A stretch of 64,000 bases of DNA from Candidatus Cloacimonadales bacterium (GTDB taxonomy: Bacteria > Cloacimonadota > Cloacimonadia > Cloacimonadales > JAIOQZ01), in contig OY771587.1 in the NCBI GenBank assembly GCA_963674825.1, forward strand, positions 3,072,001-3,136,000, given 5' to 3'. Positions 17,926 through 27,133 of the stretch are shown here, one piece after another; position 1 is the first letter of the stretch; every line of letters starts with the position of its first letter. Both the position numbers and the translations under genes were made by a program. The notes under the pieces are model-generated. The model did not search any database. It saw only the letters and a list, made by a program, of their open reading frames with translations, and was not told the origin of the DNA.

Positions 17926-20900
17926 TCACTTGGTTTTATACGGTAATGAAAATGAAAACGTCGTTCCTTTCTGCCATTCGCTCTTCACGGTGATTTTACC
18001 GCCAAGCAGCCCCACCAGTCGTTCGCAGATCGAAAGCCCCAGGCCGGTTCCTTCGTATCGTCTGGTCAGGCCGGTATCAACCTGCTGGAAGGGCTTGAAA
18101 AGCTTGTCGATGTCCTCATCTTTGATTCCGATCCCGGAATCCGTAACCACAAACCGGATGCTCTTCTGGATTGGTGGTTTTAGAGATGAGATAAGCTTTA
18201 TCTCGATTGAGATTCCACCTTCATCAGTAAATTTAACAGCGTTGCTCAGCAGATTGAGCAATACCTGTTCGATTCTTCGAGCATCGCTGACAATGCTACC
18301 AATTTTATTGTCAATTTCGCAAGAAATTTTTAACGATTTTTTCTCTGCTAGCGGCGTGATCGTGTTCACAACTTTCTGTACGCTGTCTGAGAGGAAAAAT
18401 TCCCCCTCGACAATCTGAAGCTGGCCTGCCTCGATTTTGGAGATGTCCAGTACGTCGTTGATGAGCGACAGCAAGTGCCGCGAACTCGCCTGGACCATCC
18501 CAAGCTGTTTCTTCTGCTCGTTGTTCAGCGGTCCCGGAAGCTCCTGAAGCATTATGCCTGTAAAGCCGATGATGGAGTTTAGCGGTGTTCTTAGTTCATG
18601 GGACATCGATGCGAGAAATGCCGATTTCAGCCTGTCTGCTGATTCCGCCTGCTCCTTGGCTTCTACAAGGTTGATCTCCACCTCTTTACGGCGATTGATC
18701 TCGTACTTCAGTGTCCGGTTCCAGAGGAAGGCAATCACTGTCATCGTGATAAGCAGGATAAACGCGATGCTGCTCCAGAAGAGAATCTGCCGTGCTTCCT
18801 TGCCGTGCTCGAAACGGACGGTAATCCACTTGGACCGCAGCTCGGCGGCCTGATCTTCCGTGATGGTTGTCAGCGCTTTGGATATGATGTTGTGTAGAAT
18901 AGGCCAGTCATTCCGAACAGCGAAACAGATACCATCAACAATACCGTCCATGGGTGCTGCGACCACAACATTGGTGAAATTGTATTCCGAGATAATGTAG
19001 GAACCGTGGGCGAGAGTATTGATATACGCGTCGGCATCACCATTAGACACCGCAAAGAGCGCTTCATAGGTGGTATCGTAAAGCTTGAGTTGCAGGAATG
19101 GGTAGTGACTCTGTAAACGTTCCTGCATGTAACTCTTGCTTTTCAGGGCAATGGTTTTACCTCTGAGGTCGCTGATGCTGCCTATAAACGGCGCGTTTTT
19201 GCGCGTGAAAATCATCTCCGGTGATGTAATGTAGGGCTGAGTAAAATTGAGATATTCCTTGCGTTCATCTGTAGGCATGACAGCGCATAGGACATCAATC
19301 TCTCGTTTTTTCGTATGCTCGATCACCTCGCTCCAGGTGGGGTAGGGGACGACCTGCATGTTGATGCCCATGCGTTGATTGATCAAGCTTATGTAATCGG
19401 AGGCGAGTCCGGAGTGAATACCTTCATCGTTGATGAACTCGAACGGTTGAAACCCGGGGTCTGCTCCGACCCGGATAACGGGATGTTCCTCGATCCATTT
19501 CTTTTCTACTTCGGTCAGTAGCGTTGTGTAATCTGGTTCCGAGCTGTCGACTCCGTCTTTGTTCCAGTAACCTGCCCCGGATTCTGCAATCCATCGCTGT
19601 TCGATCTCGGCAAGCTTGTTCAGGGGTATGTTGTGGATACCTTCGTTGATTTCTTTTATCAGCTTTCTATTCTCGGGTAGCGTTGCAGCGTGGACACTGG
19701 AAGAGAATATCGGCTTTCCGATCGTCACCTGCCCCGCAAAGCGCTCCTTAAGAAGGAGTAGTTTCCCAAGCTGAGTTTGCAGGAACATCACATCGATATC
19801 TCGTGCGATGAGGGCATACATAAGTTCATCAATCGTTCCGTATCTCTTGATAAAGCTGCTTTGCGGTAAACGCTCGGAGCTGTATCCGTCGAGGCTCGAG
19901 TCTCCGATAACGCCCAAAATAATGTTTTCCAGCTTGGAGATATCGTTTGGGTGAGATTGGCCTGAGAGATAAAAGAGGGATGCGTCAACCTGATAGAAGG
20001 GCTCGGAAAAGATTAGCTTAGACTCCGCCAGTTCGCTTGTACTCTGGCCTATGGTGATATCTGCGACACCGTCCAAAACTGCTTGCATCTCATGAACACC
20101 CGAACTCGGCAGAAAGCTTATTTCCTTGCCGGTTGTCTGGGCCCAGAGATTCCAGAAATCCACGTACAAACCAGCCGGCTTCCCATAGGGATCAAGAAAA
20201 GCGTAGGGTTGCTTGTGGGAATTCATGGAAATTACAATAATGTCCTTGGAAGTTCTTTGTCGCGAGATACCGAGCCACTTCTTCTCGAGAAGCGCTATGT
20301 CGTAGGATGATACTTTTTTCAGGCCCTGATTCAGCGTTTTCAGCAGCTCCGGACGTCCGTTTGCAATCGCACCCCGGTATGATTGTGAAAAGATCGCCTT
20401 ACTGCGTTTATACTGGTAATCGTGTGATGCGTCCAGACTACTTATGTACTGATTGAGATTCTCGATCGGTGCGATGAAAACCCTTATTTCATCCTTCTCG
20501 GCAGCTTCAAAAAGCGCTGGATAGTCCGCATAGCGTTTATAATTCAGATTCGGGTAATTCTTCTGCATGTATCGATCAGTGAATCCACCTTCCGGAATAC
20601 CGACCAGGAATCCATCCAGATCGGCAATGTCATTTATTCCCAGCACATTCTTGTGATGCATGATATAGTAGGTGACTTCGAAGAATGGTTCTGTGAAATC
20701 AAAGAATTTCTCACGCTCGTCTGTGTAAAAAAGCCCGGCGTGGAGATCAGCACGACCGTCACGGACCATCTCAACTGTTTCCACGAATGGCGCAGATATG
20801 AATTCGATCGGAATGCCTGTCGCATCTGACCACATACGCCAGTAGTCGATCAATATTCCATCGGGTTCGCCCAGAACGTTCACGTATTTATAGGGAGGAT

Positions 20901-21024
20901 TACTCTGATTGTAAGCGATACGGATTGGCTCGTCCAATGCATAGCAATAATTGGAGATAAGCACAAGGAAGAGCAATAAAACAAGCATAATGTGTTTATT
21001 ATTCCACGGCATTCGAATCCCCAC
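17926..21024 (-). CDS. Membrane sensor histidine kinase with three periplasmic solute-binding (Venus flytrap/PBPb) domains
   Basis: Three PBPb starts (IRIAYNQSNPPY, VISMNSHKQPY, IRVGADPGFQPF); one TM; KSAFLASMSHELRTPLN; NAVKFT; GTGLGL. Confidence 0.92.
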   Translation of the reverse strand: MGIRMPWNNKHIMLVLLLFLVLISNYCYALDEPIRIAYNQSNPPYKYVNVLGEPDGILIDYWRMWSDATGIPIEFISAPFVETVEMVRDGRADLHAGLFYTDEREKFFDFTEPFFEVTYYIMHHKNVLGINDIADLDGFLVGIPEGGFTDRYMQKNYPNLNYKRYADYPALFEAAEKDEIRVFIAPIENLNQYISSLDASHDYQYKRSKAIFSQSYRGAIANGRPELLKTLNQGLKKVSSYDIALLEKKWLGISRQRTSKDIIVISMNSHKQPYAFLDPYGKPAGLYVDFWNLWAQTTGKEISFLPSSGVHEMQAVLDGVADITIGQSTSELAESKLIFSEPFYQVDASLFYLSGQSHPNDISKLENIILGVIGDSSLDGYSSERLPQSSFIKRYGTIDELMYALIARDIDVMFLQTQLGKLLLLKERFAGQVTIGKPIFSSSVHAATLPENRKLIKEINEGIHNIPLNKLAEIEQRWIAESGAGYWNKDGVDSSEPDYTTLLTEVEKKWIEEHPVIRVGADPGFQPFEFINDEGIHSGLASDYISLINQRMGINMQVVPYPTWSEVIEHTKKREIDVLCAVMPTDERKEYLNFTQPYITSPEMIFTRKNAPFIGSISDLRGKTIALKSKSYMQERLQSHYPFLQLKLYDTTYEALFAVSNGDADAYINTLAHGSYIISEYNFTNVVVAAPMDGIVDGICFAVRNDWPILHNIISKALTTITEDQAAELRSKWITVRFEHGKEARQILFWSSIAFILLITMTVIAFLWNRTLKYEINRRKEVEINLVEAKEQAESADRLKSAFLASMSHELRTPLNSIIGFTGIMLQELPGPLNNEQKKQLGMVQASSRHLLSLINDVLDISKIEAGQLQIVEGEFFLSDSVQKVVNTITPLAEKKSLKISCEIDNKIGSIVSDARRIEQVLLNLLSNAVKFTDEGGISIEIKLISSLKPPIQKSIRFVVTDSGIGIKDEDIDKLFKPFQQVDTGLTRRYEGTGLGLSICERLVGLLGGKITVKSEWQKGTTFSFSLPYKTK

Positions 21025-21266
21025 AGATAAAAAGTACTTTCCAGCATGGAAAGGCGAGATTGTGAATTTAAACTAAGCTACTTCTATATTTTATTGGGTA
21101 AATTGCATTTGTCAAGCTTTTCCGTTGATAATAATTATTCGAGCATTTTGGGGATAATAATTGCATAAGTGATGAATCAGGAAAATACTTTTTTTATTTG
21201 ACATGGATTATAAGTCAAATATCTTATCTCCGTAAAATTAATATTCATATATGGAGGAATAATTCA

Positions 21267-22517
21267 ATGAAGAAGCTGTTACTGCTTTCTGTTGCGGCTT
21301 TTGTAATGCTTTTTGTTGCCTGTGCTGATAACACAACGGGTGACGAGATTGCAGATGAAGTCAATCAGGCCTTCAGAGAAGGAACGAATGTTGTTGTAAA
21401 TAACGACGAAGAAGATCTTAATACTCGTGTTACAATTAGAAATGAAGAGCTCCTGGCTGGCGGGGACCGTACTGTCCCGCCACTGATGTGGATCGCTTCG
21501 GTTGACGCTCCGTTTGTAGGCGGTCAGCAGGTTCAGGCCTGTTTCGCTTATCTCGATCCGTGTGTATGCAAGGCCTATATTGGTTATAACACCGAAGGTG
21601 AAGAATGGCGCGGCGGTGTCGAGATCGTCAGCTTAACCAATGTTTACAATCCTGTCGTTGTATCGCAGGCGTTGTTCAACGATACCGACGTTCAGGCTGT
21701 TTCCGCCGATTTCCAGAACACAGGACGTTTCTGGATGGCTTCGGCGATCGATCCGGATCCGTACGGACTCGGTAGTCCTGCCGTAATCGAAGAGGTTATC
21801 CTTACTCCGAGCGGCAAATTCCCCTATCCTTATACTTCGACTTTGTTCGATCTACCTTCCTCGGTCTGCAAGGGTGTCCGTCGTTCAGCAAACTGGCTTT
21901 ACTCGACAACCTCCCGTACAGATGGCGGTGCGTTCTGCCACAGCCTGAACAGCAGTAACTATATGGAAATCGTTGAAGACGATCGTTACGACAACGCCAA
22001 AGGCATTGCCATCACCGGTAATTCAATCCATTCCGATCACCTTGTGATGGAAGCCGGCGCAGCAGCGAATCTGCACATCTATGATGTTGGCACCTCCGAT
22101 TCCGATCATGAACCTGTAATCTACAACATCGGTGCTGCAGAACCGTATTATGCCAAAATGTGGTGCGATCTCAAGGACAATGTAGCGTACGTTGCGATGG
22201 GTGAAGGCGGTTTCAAGGCTTTCGATATAGCACAAGGCGCAGACACCACCGAGCCGGACCCGCTGTTCTACTTTAACCGTCCGGGCAATGGCCTGACCAA
22301 CGCTGTTACGGTTGACGACGACTATATCTATGTTGCCAACGGCGAAGACGGCCTGTTTATCTTCGAAAGACCGGTAAACGTTCCTGTCAATACCGAGCTG
22401 ACTCCAATCGCGAATTTTGATTTCGATGGTTCTGTAAACTATGTGAAAGTTTACAACGAATGGATCTTCGTCGCTGCCGGAACCGGTGGTTTGCACATCC
22501 TGTATCGCAATTTCTAA
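21267..22517 (+). CDS. Lipoprotein with LVIVD-like beta-propeller repeats
   Basis: Start reassigned to ATG 21267 (GGAGG RBS). Lipobox FVAC; repeats AYVAMGEGGFKAFDI, YIYVANGEDGLFIF, WIFVAAGTGGLHIL. Confidence 0.85.
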   Translation: MKKLLLLSVAAFVMLFVACADNTTGDEIADEVNQAFREGTNVVVNNDEEDLNTRVTIRNEELLAGGDRTVPPLMWIASVDAPFVGGQQVQACFAYLDPCVCKAYIGYNTEGEEWRGGVEIVSLTNVYNPVVVSQALFNDTDVQAVSADFQNTGRFWMASAIDPDPYGLGSPAVIEEVILTPSGKFPYPYTSTLFDLPSSVCKGVRRSANWLYSTTSRTDGGAFCHSLNSSNYMEIVEDDRYDNAKGIAITGNSIHSDHLVMEAGAAANLHIYDVGTSDSDHEPVIYNIGAAEPYYAKMWCDLKDNVAYVAMGEGGFKAFDIAQGADTTEPDPLFYFNRPGNGLTNAVTVDDDYIYVANGEDGLFIFERPVNVPVNTELTPIANFDFDGSVNYVKVYNEWIFVAAGTGGLHILYRNF

Positions 22518-22535
22518 TCGAAACGATAAAATTCT

Positions 22536-22567
22536 AAGCCCGGTGGTAATGCCATCGGGCTTTTTCT
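22536..22567 (+). terminator. Intrinsic terminator
   Basis: AAGCCCGGTGG...CCATCGGGCTT stem followed by a T tract. Confidence 0.85.
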
Positions 22568-22573
22568 GTGGCC

Positions 22574-22841
22574 GGGGACGCAGAGCTCCAGCTCTGCATC
22601 TCTTTTCTCCCTTGGAGCGTCAAGCCCCAGCTTGGCATTTCCCTCCTCTCTCTTCATCAATCATCAATCCATAAAATCAACATTCGGAAGAGCCTCACGC
22701 TGTTCGGCACATTCAGAAGATGATTTCAGGGGATCTGAAAACCAATGCGGACGAGGACGTCCGCGTTCCCAGGAAAGAGAGAAGGGCAGTCACAGGGACC
22801 TGCCCCTACAGGAGAACCCTGCTCGGAGACAAGCGCCTACA
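22574..22841. repeat. Cluster of six REP-like extragenic palindromes
   Basis: Six 25-28 nt GC-rich imperfect hairpins in a non-coding gap. Two start with TGTAGG on the minus strand, as in GTAG-type REPs. See findings. Confidence 0.6.
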
Positions 22842-22971
22842 GCCTCCGGGTACGCCGTTGTTTTGTGCGGATAATATCGATAGCTGATTTCATCACAACA
22901 AGATCGATATTTAAACTGCTGTCTTGCGACTATTAGGATCACAGAAATTTCGCAAAAATCGAACATTTTTC

Positions 22972-22999
22972 TTGACGTCCGAAGCGCCCCAAATAGTTT
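22972..22999 (+). promoter_or_regulatory. Sigma70-like promoter for tRNA-Leu
   Basis: TTGACG-16 nt-TAGTTT about 25 nt upstream of the tRNA. Confidence 0.55.
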
Positions 23000-23024
23000 G
23001 ATGCTCATTCAAGAGAGTGAAAGC

Positions 23025-23112
23025 GCAGAAGTGGTGAAATTGGCAAACACGCTAGGTTCAGGGTCTAGTGGGCGCAACGCCCTTGGGGGTTCGAGTCCCC
23101 CCTTCTGCACCA
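23025..23112 (+). tRNA. tRNA-Leu(CAG)
   Basis: Acceptor stem GCAGAAG/CTTCTGC; anticodon arm CTAGG-TTCAGGG-TCTAG; long variable arm; GGTTCGAGTCC; encoded CCA. Confidence 0.95.
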
Positions 23113-23125
23113 TATATTATTAAGG

Positions 23126-23159
23126 AAAGCCGATCGCAAACAGCGTGTCGGCTTTTTTT
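23126..23159 (+). terminator. Intrinsic terminator after tRNA-Leu
   Basis: AAAGCCGA...TCGGCTTT stem with T7. Confidence 0.85.
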
Positions 23160-23170
23160 GTATCCGGGAG

Positions 23171-23719
23171 ATGCTCATGCTTTTGCGAGAGATGCCACGA
23201 GAACGTTATCTGGTAACGCTGGCATTGCTGACCGCGATCTCCGTGACCGCGTACGCGCTGGAAAGCTGGATGCCGAAGCCGCTGCCATTTCTGAGGCTTG
23301 GCCTGGCAAACATCCCCGTTGTACTACTGCTCTACACCCGTAATTATCGGGAATCGATCCTGGTGGGGCTCATGAAGGTTGTTCTGGGCAGCGCATTGTC
23401 TGGCATGATCCTAAGCCCTACAACGCTCATTTCCTTCGGTGCGACCTGCTGCTCGATGCTCATGATGCTACTATTGATCGCATTACCCCTGAAATTCAGT
23501 CTTATCGGAATTAGTGTTGGGGGTGCTGTAGCTTCGAACGTTGCTCAGCTACTCGTGGTTCGGGTAGTTATTTTTAATGAAAATGGGATATTTCGATTGA
23601 CGCCTCTATTAATTTTACTGGGAATAGGAACAGGAATCGTAACAGGTTACCTGGTGGCGTTGATCTACCGAACACTTTATCGGAAACATTATGAAGATTA
23701 TCAAGAAAAAGAAGCGTGA
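23171..23719 (+). CDS. Gx transporter family / heptaprenyl diphosphate synthase component I-like membrane protein
   Basis: Motifs LESWMPKPLPFLRLGLANI, SLIGISVGGAVASNVAQL; multiple TMs. The start could be ATG 23177 given RBS spacing. Confidence 0.85.
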   Translation: MLMLLREMPRERYLVTLALLTAISVTAYALESWMPKPLPFLRLGLANIPVVLLLYTRNYRESILVGLMKVVLGSALSGMILSPTTLISFGATCCSMLMMLLLIALPLKFSLIGISVGGAVASNVAQLLVVRVVIFNENGIFRLTPLLILLGIGTGIVTGYLVALIYRTLYRKHYEDYQEKEA

Positions 23720-25931
23720 AAAAAATCGGCTGCTGAAGCCAATTCTGATCACTTTCTACATATTTTTTGCACTGACACTATTTGGCGTATCTTGCGTTGC
23801 TGGGCTGTTTTATTACTACAGTAGCGAACTTCCGCCACTCAGTGAACTAAAGCACTATGACCTCAAGATTGGCTCAAAGGTCTATGATCGGAATGACAAC
23901 CTGATACACACCTTCGCTGTTGAGCGTCGTACCTATTCGCCGCTAAGCGAGATCCCACCATATATGGTCAATGCACTGCTAGCCACTGAGGATAAGAATT
24001 TCTACAAACACTGGGGTGTTGATCTTTCTGGTCTGACCAGGGCATTTCTTATTGATATCGTCCATTTCGATTTTTCTCAGGGAGCGAGTACCATTACACA
24101 GCAGCTTTCGCGAAACCTCTTTCTTACGCTCGATAAAACAATTCCGCGCAAGGTCAAGGAAGCGCTACTGGCAGTCAGGATCGAGCGGATGTATTCCAAG
24201 GACGAGATTCTCGAGCTTTATTTCAACAAAGTAGCGTTCGGCGCTGGTATCTATGGCGTATCGTCGGCTGCGATGATTTATTTCAACAAGAAACCGCCTG
24301 AGTTAACACTTTCCGAGGCAGCGCTGATCGTCGGCATCACGCAGCTTCCGGGTCGCTACGATCCGACGCGTAATCCCGAGAAATCGGTGTGGCGCCGCAA
24401 CGTCGTCCTCTATCGCATGCTGGACGAGAAGTTCATTACTCAGGAAGAATACGACGTGGCTGTAAACGAGCCTTTGAACCTCTATAAGGACACAGCCAAC
24501 CGCAGCGCTGACGACTATTTCATCGAGTACATCCGCAAGCAGCTTGAAGACCGTTACGGAACGACACAGCTCTTCGCTGGTGGGCTTAGCATCTACACAA
24601 CGCTTGATATCGACCTGACTCGCTATGCTGATACCGTGTTAAACAAGCATCTCATCGAATTTGAAGAGAAGAACGAATACGAAGTCAAATACAACGATTT
24701 CCCTCGTGACACCACCGATATTGTGACACCCTATGTTCAGGGTGGTGCAGTGGTGATGGACGCCGAGACTGGAGCTGTTCGCGTGATGATCGGCGGCAGG
24801 AATTTCAATCATAGTAAATTCAACCGCATCGTTCAAGCACGACGTCCCCCGGGATCATCATTCAAGCCGCTCATCTACACAACCGCGCTCGAAAAGGGAT
24901 ACACACCCGCGACTGTGATCGACGATAAACCTGTCTATTTCATTCAGGGCGACTCCGTCTTCTGGGCGCCACGCAACTACAGTCTGGATAACTTCGGCTA
25001 TACCCGGCTTCGTGATGGTCTCCGGAAGTCCCGAAATATATTTTCGACCAAGACACTAGCCGATATCGGGCCTCGTGCCGTGATCCGCAAAGCACGGCAA
25101 TTCGGTATCACGACACCGCTTAGTCCGGTTTATTCCCTCGCGGTAGGATCAATGGAAGTTCAACCGCTGGAGATCATCTCCGCCTATACCACCTTCCCGA
25201 ATCTGGGCGAACGGGTAACGCCGTTCTTTGTGCGCAGGGTGGAAGACTCAGATGGAAATGTACTGGAAGAGGCTGAAGTCGAACGTATCCGCGTTACCGA
25301 CGAGAAGATCGCCTATTTGATGGTCAACCTGATGCAATCGGTGACCGAACCCGGCGGAACTGCTGCCGGTATTCGCTGGCGAGGCTATCGATGGGCTGCT
25401 GCGGGTAAGACCGGTACAACCGATGATTTCCGCGATGCCTGGTTCATCGGTTACAACAAGGAACTCGTGGCCGGTATATGGGTAGGATTCGACGACAACT
25501 CACCGCTGGGCTCAAAGCAGTCCGGTGCAGTCGCCGCACTACCGCCATGGCCCTATATCATGAAGCGTGCGCTGGAAAACGAGGCTCCCCTCAACGCGCA
25601 GGGCAAGCCGGTTATCGATGGCACAGTGCTCGATTTCGAACGTCCGGATGGTTTGATCAATGTGGAAATTTCGGCGCGGACAGGCTTGTTACCAAAGAAC
25701 CAGTATGAAGAGCGTATCAACGAAATTTTCATCATGGGGACGCAACCTACGCCGCTTTCGGATAGCCTGAACTACAACTTCTACCCGACGCGCTACCGCG
25801 AGAGCGATAAGGCCTGTACCTATTTCATACTCGATCGCGATCCAACTTTCCTGGATTCACTTGAGTTGAATAACGGGATCGTCGATTCGCTCGATCTCTC
25901 GGACGGCGATATTTACTTCCCAGCAAAATGA
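23691..25931 (+). CDS. Class A penicillin-binding protein 1A
   Basis: Transglycosylase motifs EDKNFYKHWGVD, GASTITQQL, RKVKE; transpeptidase motifs SSFK, SRN, KTGT. Confidence 0.95.
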   Translation: MKIIKKKKREKNRLLKPILITFYIFFALTLFGVSCVAGLFYYYSSELPPLSELKHYDLKIGSKVYDRNDNLIHTFAVERRTYSPLSEIPPYMVNALLATEDKNFYKHWGVDLSGLTRAFLIDIVHFDFSQGASTITQQLSRNLFLTLDKTIPRKVKEALLAVRIERMYSKDEILELYFNKVAFGAGIYGVSSAAMIYFNKKPPELTLSEAALIVGITQLPGRYDPTRNPEKSVWRRNVVLYRMLDEKFITQEEYDVAVNEPLNLYKDTANRSADDYFIEYIRKQLEDRYGTTQLFAGGLSIYTTLDIDLTRYADTVLNKHLIEFEEKNEYEVKYNDFPRDTTDIVTPYVQGGAVVMDAETGAVRVMIGGRNFNHSKFNRIVQARRPPGSSFKPLIYTTALEKGYTPATVIDDKPVYFIQGDSVFWAPRNYSLDNFGYTRLRDGLRKSRNIFSTKTLADIGPRAVIRKARQFGITTPLSPVYSLAVGSMEVQPLEIISAYTTFPNLGERVTPFFVRRVEDSDGNVLEEAEVERIRVTDEKIAYLMVNLMQSVTEPGGTAAGIRWRGYRWAAAGKTGTTDDFRDAWFIGYNKELVAGIWVGFDDNSPLGSKQSGAVAALPPWPYIMKRALENEAPLNAQGKPVIDGTVLDFERPDGLINVEISARTGLLPKNQYEERINEIFIMGTQPTPLSDSLNYNFYPTRYRESDKACTYFILDRDPTFLDSLELNNGIVDSLDLSDGDIYFPAK

Positions 25932-27049
25932 CGATGCCTACACTTTTCTCACTGGTCGGACTGATCGCGACTTCGATCTATGTCTATTACGCTGCCCGTT
26001 TTCGCAAGGGACTTCGTGCGCTTATAGCCGGGAAAAGCTTCGAGAAGCCGACCGTCACGGTGGTCGTGGCGGCAAGGAACGAAAGCCACAACATCCAGAT
26101 GCTGCTTACATCTCTGGTCAATCAGAGCTATCCGCAAGAATTATACAACATCATCGTCGCAAATGATCAGTCTACCGATGACACCGCCGAAAAGATCGCT
26201 GCATTCAGCCTGAAGTGGCCGAATGTGACCTGTCTGGAAGTTATGGATCGCGATAAAGCGAAATCGCCGAAGAAAAATGCCCTTACGCAGGCAATTGCAG
26301 CCAGCGATGGCGAGATCATTTTAACGACCGACGCTGATTGCGTTGTGAGCCGGTTCTGGATCGAGAGCATGGTGGCTTGTTTCGATCAAGGCATCGACAT
26401 GGTTGCCGGCTATTCGCGACCCAAGATCATGAACTGGAAGGCTGCGTCGTTCATCCAGAAGTATGAGTTTTTCGATGTACTCGCCATCTTCGCAGCAGCT
26501 GCTGGAGCACTTGGTGTGGGGAAGGCATTCTCCTGTTCCGGTCAGAATCTGGCCTACCGGCGCAAGGCGTACGACGCGGTGGGTGGATTCAGCAAGATAT
26601 CGCATCTGGTATCGGGTGACGATGTAAATCTGATGCAATTGATGAGAATCAATGGCAGTAAAATCCGCTATGCAATCAATGCGCACTCATTCGTCTATAC
26701 CCGTTCGATCGAATCGATGGCAAAGTTCTTTAATCAGCGTGCGCGCTGGGCGTCCAACCTTAAGGTGCAGATGACGCTCAATCCGGAGTTTTTCTTCTAC
26801 CTGCTGGCGGTTTCCGCAATGCACGCGATGTCAGTCGTCATGTTTTTCTACGAGTGGCGCATGGCCGTGATTATTCTGGCTGCGCGAATGGTTTCAGAAA
26901 TCAATTTTCTCGTGGTTGCGAAAGAACGATTCAACCTGGAGCCGGATCGATTCAGTTTCTATCCGGTGTGGTCGCTTTTACAGCCCGTATATATCGTTAT
27001 AACAGCTTTGCGAGGCGCTTTAAACGTCTATCGCTGGCATGGAAGATAG
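25928..27049 (+). CDS. Membrane glycosyltransferase family 2
   Basis: Motifs VVVAARNE, NDQSTD, TTDAD, SGDD, QRARW; N- and C-terminal TMs. Confidence 0.9.
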   Translation: MTMPTLFSLVGLIATSIYVYYAARFRKGLRALIAGKSFEKPTVTVVVAARNESHNIQMLLTSLVNQSYPQELYNIIVANDQSTDDTAEKIAAFSLKWPNVTCLEVMDRDKAKSPKKNALTQAIAASDGEIILTTDADCVVSRFWIESMVACFDQGIDMVAGYSRPKIMNWKAASFIQKYEFFDVLAIFAAAAGALGVGKAFSCSGQNLAYRRKAYDAVGGFSKISHLVSGDDVNLMQLMRINGSKIRYAINAHSFVYTRSIESMAKFFNQRARWASNLKVQMTLNPEFFFYLLAVSAMHAMSVVMFFYEWRMAVIILAARMVSEINFLVVAKERFNLEPDRFSFYPVWSLLQPVYIVITALRGALNVYRWHGR

Positions 27050-27133
27050 ATCCCGATTTTTCTTGAAATCAACTTCCGAATGTGCTGCTTACAGCTCTTC
27101 TGAATATTGATTTCGCAATACAAGGAGCAAACG

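Noticed and set aside
22574..22841. Possible CRISPR array or small ORFs in the palindrome cluster
   Set aside because: The units differ from each other, are irregularly spaced and lie on both strands. There are no cas genes, and the ORFs lack RBS and coding character.
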